The notes under the pieces were generated by a model. That model was not told the origin of the DNA, searched no databases, and worked only from the letters and a program-made list of their open reading frames with translations. This document shows positions 8,553 through 16,517 of a stretch of DNA of 32,437 nt, in pieces. Made by a program: the position numbers and the translations under genes. The DNA is from an uncultured Actinomycetes bacterium (GTDB taxonomy: Bacteria > Actinomycetota > Acidimicrobiia > Spongiisociales > DATADW01), in contig CAWGRK010000010.1 of NCBI GenBank assembly GCA_963824995.1, positions 334,081 to 366,517 on the forward strand. The letters are read 5' to 3'. Each line of letters starts with the position of its first letter. Positions within the stretch are counted from its first letter, which is position 1.

Positions 8553-10058
8553 TCACCCCGAGCCGACGGGAGTGGCGGGGCGACTGATCTCCTCGGTCGA
8601 CTCCGGCGGAGTGGGTCGGCGACGGAACAGGGCAACGACCAGACCCAACACCGCCGCCACCTGTACCCAGTCTCCGACCCGCGTGTACAGCGTCGGGCCG
8701 GCGGCGCGCATCTGTACCTCGCCGGTGAGAAGCGCCGGTTCGTAGATGGGAGTTCGCTCACCGACCTCGCCTCCATCGGTGATCAAGGTGGACCGACCGG
8801 TGACGGCAGCGTGGACGACGTCGAGCCCCAACTCGGCGCCTCGCATCCGTGTCATGCCGATGAGCTGGTCGGAGGCGGGCGACACCTCGTAGCTGGCATT
8901 GTTGGTGGCAACCACCAGCAGCTGCGCCCCGTTGCGCGCCACGTCGCGCGGAAAGCGGGCGAACGACCCCTCCCAGGAGACGACCGATCCGAGCATGCCG
9001 AAGTCGGTCGAGAAGACGACTGGGTCCTCTCCCCTGATCATGTCCCTCGGAACCTGGCTCAGCTCGGGGATGAGCGGAGCGAGCAAGGAGCGCCACGGGA
9101 CGTACTCACCAAATGGCACCGGTTGCCGCTTCCGGTACTCGCCGACGATCTCACCCTCGCGATCGAAGAGGACGTTGGCGTTGATCCACTCGGTGTCGCT
9201 TATCACCCTGTCGCCACCGACGAGCACATAAGCCCCGATGCGCGCTGCCTCGTCCCCGATGGCCTCGGCCACCTCGGGCACCAGGACGGGGTCGGCGTTT
9301 ATCGAACCGGTCGATCCCTCTGCCCATACGACGAGGTCTACCGATCCTTCGGGGATGGTGCGGGTCATCTCGAGGTGGAGCAGGTAGGTGCCGTACCTCT
9401 CGTCTATGCAATGTGTCCCCGGACACGGGGTGTTGCCCTGGACGATGGCGACGCGCAGAGGCTCGCCGTCCGCCATCCCCGGCCATGCCCACCCGGCAAG
9501 ACCCAGCCCGACCATCGCTGCAATCGAGACGGCGAGCGGCCCCAACCGCCGAGCTTCCAATGTCACCACGGCGCCGGCGGCAATGGCGATCAGGACGACC
9601 GACCAGCCGGATGTACCGATCCACTGGGTTGCACCACGGGTGGCGGCATACTCACCGACCGGATAGCCGAGCATCCCCCAGGAGAGCCCACCCACCGGGA
9701 ATCGCTCTCGGATCAGTTCCATGAGGGCCCACCCCCCCACCGCCGCCACCCACCACCGCAACGGCGACCATGCCCTGGCCCGGGCGAGGAGCGCGCTGTA
9801 CACCGTGGTGAACGACGCCTGCAGTATCAGGAGCGGGATCAGGGCAACGAATCCGAGCGACCCGATCCACCAGATCAGCCCGAGGAAGAAGGCCAGACCG
9901 AAGACTGCGCCGTAAAGGGCACCCATCCACCCCGACTTGGCCCGACGGACCGCCCAGAGAAGCGGGACGGGGGCGACCACGGCGAGAGCGCCGACCCCGA
10001 ACGGTGGAAAAGCGATGATGAGGAGCAGCGCCGAGATCAGCGCAGCGAGCACGCCCAT
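8553..10058 (-). CDS. lnt: Apolipoprotein N-acyltransferase
   Basis: N-terminal TM helices, FPVGGLSWG, VAIVQGN, VVWAEG (catalytic Glu), YRKRQPVPFGEY (Lys), VVSWEG, TNNA and AAVTGRS. Start placed at MGVLAAL (10058). Confidence 0.9.
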   Translation of the reverse strand: MGVLAALISALLLIIAFPPFGVGALAVVAPVPLLWAVRRAKSGWMGALYGAVFGLAFFLGLIWWIGSLGFVALIPLLILQASFTTVYSALLARARAWSPLRWWVAAVGGWALMELIRERFPVGGLSWGMLGYPVGEYAATRGATQWIGTSGWSVVLIAIAAGAVVTLEARRLGPLAVSIAAMVGLGLAGWAWPGMADGEPLRVAIVQGNTPCPGTHCIDERYGTYLLHLEMTRTIPEGSVDLVVWAEGSTGSINADPVLVPEVAEAIGDEAARIGAYVLVGGDRVISDTEWINANVLFDREGEIVGEYRKRQPVPFGEYVPWRSLLAPLIPELSQVPRDMIRGEDPVVFSTDFGMLGSVVSWEGSFARFPRDVARNGAQLLVVATNNASYEVSPASDQLIGMTRMRGAELGLDVVHAAVTGRSTLITDGGEVGERTPIYEPALLTGEVQMRAAGPTLYTRVGDWVQVAAVLGLVVALFRRRPTPPESTEEISRPATPVGSG

Positions 10059-10085
10059 GTAGGTACGGCATGGTACCGAGCCCGA

Positions 10086-10234
10086 GGCTGTCGCCTCCAA
10101 TGCTCGCTCTGCCACCCGTGAAACCTCTCTCCCCCCAGCGGGTGGAGAGTCCGACACGGCGTCGGGAAGGTGCGAACGGTTCAATCTCAAAGAAGCGATC
10201 ACGCGGGTCGAGCACCGTTGGAGGTTCGCCAGCC
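10086..10234. ncRNA. Candidate structured ncRNA (long bulged rod, 6S-like); strand unresolved
   Basis: Nested helices GGCTG/CAGCC, CCTCCAA/TTGGAGG, TGCTCG/CGAGCA and ACCCGTGA/TCACGCGGGT, plus internal hairpins 10127-10149 and 10151-10165, in the lnt-suhB intergenic region. Confidence 0.5.
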
Positions 10235-10285
10235 CTCCTCCCCGCTGCTGGCACAGCGGTACCCTTCCCCGATGCGGGGAGACGG
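10233..10285 (+). repeat. REP-like double-hairpin element
   Basis: ccctcctcc-CCGCTG ctggca CAGCGG-taccct-TCCCC gatgc GGGGA-gacgg. Same C-rich to G-rich architecture as 8503-8535. Confidence 0.5.
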
Positions 10286-10333
10286 ACTCTCATTGGCTGC
10301 CGTCTGCCTTCCTAGTCGGTAGCGTCCAAGCCC

Positions 10334-11122
10334 ATGGCTGAATTGGACGATCTCGGCGTGGCGCGGCTGGCGGTGCGGGCGGGGGCCGATGTGGTGCGAG
10401 GCGCCCTGGGTCTTGCCGACGCGGAGTTCAAGGGTGAAGTGGACCCGGTGACGGCGACCGATCGAGCGGCCGAGGCATCGATCCTCTCGGTCTTGGAGAG
10501 CTATCGACCGCAAGACGGAGTCCTGTCCGAGGAAGCCGGCGGGAATGTCGGGACGGGGCGCCGGTGGCTGGTCGATCCGCTCGACGGGACCGTGAACTTC
10601 CTGCACCGCATCCCGCAGGTGGCTGTCTCGGTGGCTCTCTGCGAAGGCGATCGGCCATTGGTCGGGGTTGTCGCCGACGTGTTCCACGACGACACCTACT
10701 GGGCGGTTGCGGGCCAAGGTGCCTGGTCGACTTCCGGTGAGTTGCGCGTTGCCGATGCGCCGCTGGCGGAATCGCTCATCGGCACAGGGTTTCCCTACGA
10801 CCGCCGTTCGCATGCCGAGGAATACCTCATGGCCCTCAGGGTCGTGCTCGAGAAGGGCCGCGACGTGCGGCGGATGGGGTCGGCAGCGCTCGACCTGGCC
10901 GCGGTGGCCGCAGGGAGGTTCGGCGGCTTTTGGGAGTACGGGCTCGGGCCATGGGACGTGGCGGCCGGCATCCTCCTCGTACAGGAGGCGGGCGGAGTCG
11001 TGACCGACCACAACGGCCATACCGCCCGTCCCGGCGACTCCACGATCGTGGCGGCCTCACCGGCGGTTCATCCCGAATTGCTCGGACTCGTCGCCTCACA
11101 CCTCCCGGTGCGTCTGCGATGA
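10334..11122 (+). CDS. suhB: Inositol monophosphatase family protein (SuhB-like)
   Basis: Motifs SEE, WLVDPLDGTVNF, TGFPY, RRMGSAALDL and WDVAAG. Confidence 0.88.
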   Translation: MAELDDLGVARLAVRAGADVVRGALGLADAEFKGEVDPVTATDRAAEASILSVLESYRPQDGVLSEEAGGNVGTGRRWLVDPLDGTVNFLHRIPQVAVSVALCEGDRPLVGVVADVFHDDTYWAVAGQGAWSTSGELRVADAPLAESLIGTGFPYDRRSHAEEYLMALRVVLEKGRDVRRMGSAALDLAAVAAGRFGGFWEYGLGPWDVAAGILLVQEAGGVVTDHNGHTARPGDSTIVAASPAVHPELLGLVASHLPVRLR

Positions 11123-12717
11123 GACGTCTCGTTGTCGCCGATCGGGTCCGTACCTCGAAGGGGGTCGTAGGGGACGCCGTGCTGATCGAGGCCAGGAAGG
11201 TGGTCGCGGTCGGCGAGGCGGATGCGCTGCGCGATGAACGGACCGAGGAGGTGCATCACGCCGGGGTGATCATTCCCGGTCTGGTCGATGCCCACTTCCA
11301 CCCCCTCGCATATGCCCTCGAGGAATCCGGGTTGAAGTTGGGTGGGAGCGCCGACTTCGACGACATGGCGGGTCGCATCACGGCGGCGGCGGCCGAATTG
11401 CCAACCGGCACACCGGTCCTGGGACGTGGTCTGAACGACGAGACTTTGGCGGAAAGACGGTTGCCCACCCGGCACGACCTCGACAGGATCGCTCCGGGAC
11501 GGCCCGTGCTGCTCAACAGGGTGTGCGGTCACCTCGCCGTTGCCTCCACGGCGGCTCTCGAGGTTGCCGGCGTGACACCCTCGACCCCCGATCCGGCCGG
11601 CGGTTCCTTCGACCGTGATCGCTCCGGGATGCCTACCGGCGTCCTCCGCGAAACCGCGGTGGCTGTGGTGACCGAGGCGATCGGTGCCCTCGTGCCCGTC
11701 ATCACCGCCCAACAGGTGGTGACGGCGCTGCAGCGGCTGCCGGCACTCGGGCTCACCGGGATCGGCGCCATCGTCAATTCGGGAACGGCGCTCTGGTGCG
11801 GTGCCGGTGACGAGGTGGCAACGCTCGTCGAGATGGCACCCGACCTCCCTGTGCGCCTCTCCGTTCTCGTTGCCGCTGAAGATCCCGATGGATTTGAGTC
11901 CGCCGCCACCTCGTTCGATCGATCCGGTTCCCGCCTCCGGTTTCTCGGATTGAAGGCCTTCGCCGATGGCAGTCTCGGTGCCCACACCGCTGCCATGCGC
12001 CAGCCATTCGCCGATGCCCCAGGAGAAACGGGCACCCTTCGTATCGACGACCGGACGGGGGCGCTCGCTCGTCAGGCTCTCGACATGGGTGGACATGTCG
12101 CCATCCATGCGATAGGAGACCGGGCGGTGGAGCGGGTGCTCGACCTGTTCGAGGAGTTGATCGATGAAGGGGCCGACCCGATCCGACTCCGCATGGAGCA
12201 CGCATCGGTGACCCTCCCCGAGGACATCGAGCGGTTCGCCGCGCTCGGGGTGACCGCTTCGATCCAGCCGGCGTTCCTTCCCTCGGAGACGGGCTGGCTG
12301 GAGCGCCGACTCGGCCACGACCGGTTGCGCTGGGCCTACGCCTTCGGCTCGCTCGCCGCTGCCGGTGTCCCGTTGGCGGGCGGGTCGGATGCCCCGGTGG
12401 AGACCCCTGAGCCGCTGCGCGGCATGGCCGCCGCCCGTCACCGCGCCGGCATCGTGCCTCGAGAAGCCCTGGACGCCGATGCCGCCCTCGCCCTATTCAC
12501 CGACGGCGCGGCGCGGGCCGCTGGGTTGCCCGCTCCGCTGCAGCCGGGAAGCCCCGGCGATCTGGTCGTGCTAGCAGCCGACCCGGTGGATACCGAAGCA
12601 CACGCCGTAGAGGAGATCGAGGTGCTGGCCACCTATGTGGATGGAGACGAAGTGTGGCGGCACGCCGACGATGGGGTCAGGGGACGATTCGCCCCTCCAT
12701 CCCACCTGCCACGGTGA
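11119..12717 (+). CDS. Amidohydrolase family 3 (YtcJ-like) metal-dependent hydrolase
   Basis: PGLVDAHFH, KAFADGSLG, HAIGD, RMEHA and GGSDAP. The ATG at 11119 overlaps the suhB stop (ATGA). Confidence 0.88.
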   Translation: MRRLVVADRVRTSKGVVGDAVLIEARKVVAVGEADALRDERTEEVHHAGVIIPGLVDAHFHPLAYALEESGLKLGGSADFDDMAGRITAAAAELPTGTPVLGRGLNDETLAERRLPTRHDLDRIAPGRPVLLNRVCGHLAVASTAALEVAGVTPSTPDPAGGSFDRDRSGMPTGVLRETAVAVVTEAIGALVPVITAQQVVTALQRLPALGLTGIGAIVNSGTALWCGAGDEVATLVEMAPDLPVRLSVLVAAEDPDGFESAATSFDRSGSRLRFLGLKAFADGSLGAHTAAMRQPFADAPGETGTLRIDDRTGALARQALDMGGHVAIHAIGDRAVERVLDLFEELIDEGADPIRLRMEHASVTLPEDIERFAALGVTASIQPAFLPSETGWLERRLGHDRLRWAYAFGSLAAAGVPLAGGSDAPVETPEPLRGMAAARHRAGIVPREALDADAALALFTDGAARAAGLPAPLQPGSPGDLVVLAADPVDTEAHAVEEIEVLATYVDGDEVWRHADDGVRGRFAPPSHLPR

Positions 12718-13447
12718 TCACCTGACCAGAGACATGTCCCGCCAGCCGGTCGCTGGCCAGCCAGACGACGGCGGCGGCGACGTCTTCCGGAGTACCCAGC
12801 TTCTTCAGGGACATGGTGGTGGTGACCCGTTCCACCAGGGTCGGGTCCGATCTGGCGTCGTCGATCATCGGTGTCGCCGTCCACCCAGGGGCGACCGCAT
12901 TGATCCGGACGCCGTCGCCGAGACGGGTCGCCTCGTTCTTCACCGAGAGGAGAAGTCCCGTGAGGATCGCCCCTTTGGCGGCGGCGTAGTCGGAGTGACC
13001 GGCTTCGCCGAATATGCCGGCGGTGGAGCCCACCAGCACGACGCTGCCCTGGCCGGTATGCGCCGCGTGTCTGAGGAAGGCCGCAATGGTGTGGAAGGTG
13101 ACCGACAGGTTGGAGGAGATCGTCTCCTCCCACCGTTGGGATGACATCTCCCAAATGGTCTCGTTTTGGGATGGCCATACCCCGGCGTTGGCCACACAGA
13201 CGCGGAGGCCGCCAAGCGCCGCAACCGCCTCATCGATGAGTTGATCGGCCTCGGGCCGGCGACGGAGGTCGGCCCGCAGCGCCACCCCGCCGACCTCGGT
13301 GGCGAGCTCCTGCGCGCCGGATCGTGAGGTGTGGTGGTGCACGGCCACCCGAGCGCCCTCGGCGGCAAATGCCCGCACGACTGCGGTGCCGATCCCTCCG
13401 GCACCGCCGGTCACCAGCACCCCAAGACCGGAGAGACCTGTGTCCAT
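12677..13447 (-). CDS. Short-chain dehydrogenase/reductase
   Basis: TGGAGGIG, NAG, catalytic YAAAK, NAVAPG. Confidence 0.92.
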   Translation of the reverse strand: MDTGLSGLGVLVTGGAGGIGTAVVRAFAAEGARVAVHHHTSRSGAQELATEVGGVALRADLRRRPEADQLIDEAVAALGGLRVCVANAGVWPSQNETIWEMSSQRWEETISSNLSVTFHTIAAFLRHAAHTGQGSVVLVGSTAGIFGEAGHSDYAAAKGAILTGLLLSVKNEATRLGDGVRINAVAPGWTATPMIDDARSDPTLVERVTTTMSLKKLGTPEDVAAAVVWLASDRLAGHVSGQVITVAGGMEGRIVP

Positions 13448-13490
13448 GATCTATCTAGAAACCCGGTGGGGGCGTCCTATGGTCACTCCT

Positions 13491-15438
13491 ATGAGCTTCG
13501 AGTTCGCCAACACGCCCGAAGAGGTCGACAGCATCACCGAGGAGGCTATCGAGCGCGCCGACGCCATCGTCGAGGCCGTCATCGCCTCCTCCCCGCGGAC
13601 CACGGCGACAACGCTGCTCCCCCTCGATGAGATCGGCACGGTCGTCGGTGACTCATTCGGGCGGGGCGCTTTCATGGCGTTCGTCCACCCCGACCCGGAG
13701 GTGCGCCAAGCTAGCCGTCAGGCAGAGGAACGCCTGCAGAAGTGGGTCGTGGACCTCGTCTTCAGAGACGACCTCTACCAGGCGGTCAAGGAGTACTCCG
13801 AGACGGAAGAGGCGAAGGCGCTGACCGGCGAGCGGGCGCGGCTGCTCGAGTTCACCATGCGCGACCTGCGCAAGGCCGGTCACGAGCTCGACCAAGCGGC
13901 CAGAGAAGAAGCGAAACGGATCGCGGCCCGCCTCGTGGAGCTTTCAGTCGCTTTCGACAAGAACATCGCCGATTGGGAGGACCATCTCACCGTCCCCGCC
14001 GAGGGCCTCGATGGCCTTTCCGATGACTACATCGCCCGACTCCAACCCGGCGAACTCGAAGGGACATACAAGGTCACGATGGCCTACCCCGACGTCATCC
14101 CGTTCATCGAGAACGCGCGAGCGGCGCGACCTCCGCCAAGAGCTCGCCTTCAAGTTCAACACGCGTGCCGTCGAGACCAACACCCCATTGCTCGAGGAGG
14201 CGGTCGAGCTGCGTCGCCGCACCGCAGAGCTATTCGGCCTCCCATCCTGGGCCCACTACGTGATGGACGAGCGGATGGCGAAGGAGCCCGGTCAGGTTTC
14301 GGACTTCTACGACAACCTCACCCCTCCGCTGACCGAGAAGGGCCGTGCCGAGTTGGAGGTGATGGCAAAGCTCCTCGAGCAGGACACCGGTGAGTCGACG
14401 GTTCAGGCGTGGGACTGGCGCTACTACGACACGCAGATCCGGCGTCGTGACTTCGGGGTCGACCCGAGCGAGGTCGCCGCCTATTTCCCGCTCGAGCAGG
14501 TGCTCGATGGCATGCTCGAGATAACCGGTGAAGTGTTCGGTATCGATTACCGACAGCTCGACGACCATCCGGTTTGGCACCCTGATGTAACGGCGCGGGC
14601 CATCGTCGATCGCGCCACCGGTGAAGAGATCGCCACCGTCTTCATGGATTTGTTCCCCCGCGAGGGGACCTACAGCCACGCCGCCGCCTTCACCCTGGTC
14701 GGCGGGAGGCTCGAGCCCGACGGCAGCTACCGGCGTCCGGTCTCGACGATCGTCGCCAACCTGACCAAACCGACCCCCGAGCGACCTTCACTGCTCCAGC
14801 ACTCCGAGGTGGTCACGCTGTTCCACGAGTTCGGCCACATCCTCCATCAGACCCTGACCCGCGCCGAGATGGTCCGGTTCTCCGGGAGCAGTACCGAGGG
14901 GGACTTCATCGAAGCGCCATCCCAGATCATGGAGCATTGGTGCTGGAAGCCCGAGGTTCTCCAACGGTTCGCCCGCCACCACGAAACCGGCGAGCCCATC
15001 CCCGCCGACCTGGTAGAGCGCCTCGTCGCAGCACGCAACCTGGACGTGGGGCTGCTGACACTGCGTCAGATCTCTCTCGGTGTCCTCGACCTCGGGCTGC
15101 ACGGTCCTTGGGACGAGCTGGATCTCGATGCGATAGCACGCAAGGCGAACGCGGTGGCGTTGGTCCCCTTCCACGAGGGCACGTTCTTCCCCGCCAGCTT
15201 TGGGCACATGATGGCGGGTTACGACGCCGGCTACTACGGCTACCTGTGGTCGGAGGTCTACGGCGACGACATGTTCAGCCGCTTCGATGAGGAGGGTGTC
15301 ACCTCGAATCAGGTCGGGAAGGACTACCGCCGCACCGTCCTCGAGCCGGGGGGCAGCCGCGACGGAGCCGACATCCTGCGCGACTTCCTGGGGCGCGAAC
15401 CCGACAACCGAGCCTTCCTCAAGAAGCTCGGAATCTGA
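13491..15438 (+). CDS. M3A family oligopeptidase (thimet oligopeptidase-like), +1 frameshift near 14118
   Basis: DLFPREG, HEFGH zinc motif, DFIEAPSQ, YDAGYYGYLWSEV and FLGREP. N-terminal part lies in the frame of ORF 13299..14393. Confidence 0.92.
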
Positions 15439-15475
15439 TCCCCACTGGAGGCACCGACTAGCCCGTTGCCCGCCG

Positions 15476-15504
15476 GGAACCATTGGACCCGGCCATACGT
15501 ACAA
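15476..15504 (+). promoter_or_regulatory. Putative ECF-sigma promoter GGAACC-N16-CGTACAA
   Basis: GGAACC 15476-15481 and CGTA 15498-15501. Closely matches the motif at 2428. Confidence 0.55.
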
Positions 15505-15506
15505 AT

Positions 15507-15610
15507 CGTTTGACGGCGACTAATCCGCCCGGGCCACCGGCTCCGAACAAGCGGGTACGGGCACCCAGCGGAATGGGCGAGCATCGTCAGGCGTTGAATA
15601 GATGCCCGGG
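15507..15610 (+). promoter_or_regulatory. Candidate structured 5' leader
   Basis: P1 15507-15516/15584-15593, P2 GCCCG/CGGGC, P3 CCCA/TGGG, and TCCGC (15524-28) complementary to the P3 loop GCGGA (15568-72). Confidence 0.35.
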
Positions 15611-15624
15611 TCAGGAGGCCCGAT

Positions 15625-15822
15625 ATGAGTACGGACACATTGAAGGGTGAGAGGATCCAGAGCGGGAGGCGACCCTCACGCACGTACGCCAAGGGGCGGG
15701 TCTGCGGCGTGAACGGGTGTGAAACCAAGCTCTCGATGTACAACCGACGTGAGTTCTGCCACATCCACGCCCCGGTGAGGTTCCCCCGGGTCAGAGGCCG
15801 CATCCTGCCCGGGAGCGCCTGA
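15625..15822 (+). CDS. Small basic protein with a C-x4-C-x12-C-x2-H putative zinc finger
   Basis: AGGAGG SD at 15613-15618, GC3-biased codons, sequence RVCGVNGCETKLSMYNRREFCHIH. Confidence 0.8.
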   Translation: MSTDTLKGERIQSGRRPSRTYAKGRVCGVNGCETKLSMYNRREFCHIHAPVRFPRVRGRILPGSA

Positions 15823-15831
15823 CACAGATCG

Positions 15832-15897
15832 CGCCGGGATTTCCCTTCCTTCCCCGGCGTCCGACGAGGCCCCGGACCCCCTCCCCGGGGCCTCGTC
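15832..15897 (+). ncRNA. Twin hairpins with C-rich loops (6C-RNA-like; also a likely terminator)
   Basis: CGCCGGG-atttcccttccttc-CCCGGCG and GACGAGGCCCCGG-accccctcc-CCGGGGCCTCGTC. Confidence 0.5.
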
Positions 15898-15902
15898 ACG
15901 TA

Positions 15903-15953
15903 CCAACCCTGGGTTGGAGAGAACCTCGTCGGTAGTTGCCAACCCCGGGTTAG
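15903..15953. repeat. Two AACCCNGGGTT palindromes 36 bp apart
   Basis: ccaaccctgggttgg 15903-15917 and ccaaccccgggttag 15939-15953. Confidence 0.7.
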
Positions 15954-15964
15954 AGTGCAGATAG

Positions 15965-15999
15965 ACCCCACCCCCGGTGGGGTGGGTACGTGCTATGAT
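15965..15999 (+). promoter_or_regulatory. Putative CsoR operator and extended -10
   Basis: C-tract/G-tract inverted repeat ACCCCACC-ccc-GGTGGGGT (15965-15983) followed by GGGTA. TGCTATGAT at 15991-15999 lies 6 nt before the ATG. Confidence 0.7.
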
Positions 16000-16005
16000 C
16001 CCCAT

Positions 16006-16311
16006 ATGCAGCAACATCACAAGCAGACCTCGCTCAACCGTTTGAAGACGGTGCGTGGTCATCTCGACGGGGTCATCGCCATGGTCGAGAACGAGCGGTA
16101 CTGCCCTGAGATCATGAAGCAGGTATCGGCGCTTCAGGCCTCGCTCGAGCGGGTCAATCGCGTTCTCCTCCAGAACCACCTGGAGACATGCGTCAGCGAC
16201 GCCGTCGCCGAGGGGCGCACCGCCCAGATCGTGGACGAGCTCCTCGAGACCATGAAGTACACAACTGCGGTCACCGGGCCGGTGGCGATCGAAGCCGAGG
16301 TGACCCGATGA
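16006..16311 (+). CDS. csoR: Copper-sensing repressor, CsoR family
   Basis: NRLKTVRGHLDG...YCPEIMKQ...NHLETC (Cys-His-Cys ligands); first gene of the cop operon. Confidence 0.9.
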   Translation: MQQHHKQTSLNRLKTVRGHLDGVIAMVENERYCPEIMKQVSALQASLERVNRVLLQNHLETCVSDAVAEGRTAQIVDELLETMKYTTAVTGPVAIEAEVTR

Positions 16312-16517
16312 CCCACATCAGCTTCTCGGTTCCTGACATCTCCTGCGAGCACTGCAAGGAGTCGATCGAGGGAGCGGTCGGCGTGCTCGACGGGGTCGAA
16401 TCGGTCGAGGTCGGCATCGAATCCAAGGTGGTGGCGGTCGATTTCGACGGCGCCGCCCTCTCGCGGCAGGACATCGTCAGCGCGATCGAAGGCCAGGGTT
16501 ACGAGGTGACCGGTTGA
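16308..16517 (+). CDS. copZ: Copper chaperone (HMA domain)
   Basis: ISCEHC motif and C-terminal QGY. ATGA overlap with csoR. Confidence 0.9.
   Translation: MTHISFSVPDISCEHCKESIEGAVGVLDGVESVEVGIESKVVAVDFDGAALSRQDIVSAIEGQGYEVTG

Noticed and set aside
10059..10202. N-terminal extensions in the ORF track (lnt from 10202, amidohydrolase from 10930, peptidase from 13299, csoR from 15955, DoxX-like from 23328, 3340-ORF from 4161)
   Set aside because: The extensions cross structured or regulatory DNA or neighbouring genes; downstream starts have SD, leaderless or coupling support.
10244..10254. GTGCCAGCAGC on the minus strand, matching the 16S rRNA 515 region
   Set aside because: Only 11 nt match and the flanks are not rRNA-like; it is part of a local hairpin.
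12677..12717. 41-bp 3' overlap of the amidohydrolase and SDR genes as an antisense system
   Set aside because: Short convergent overlaps are common in GC-rich genomes.
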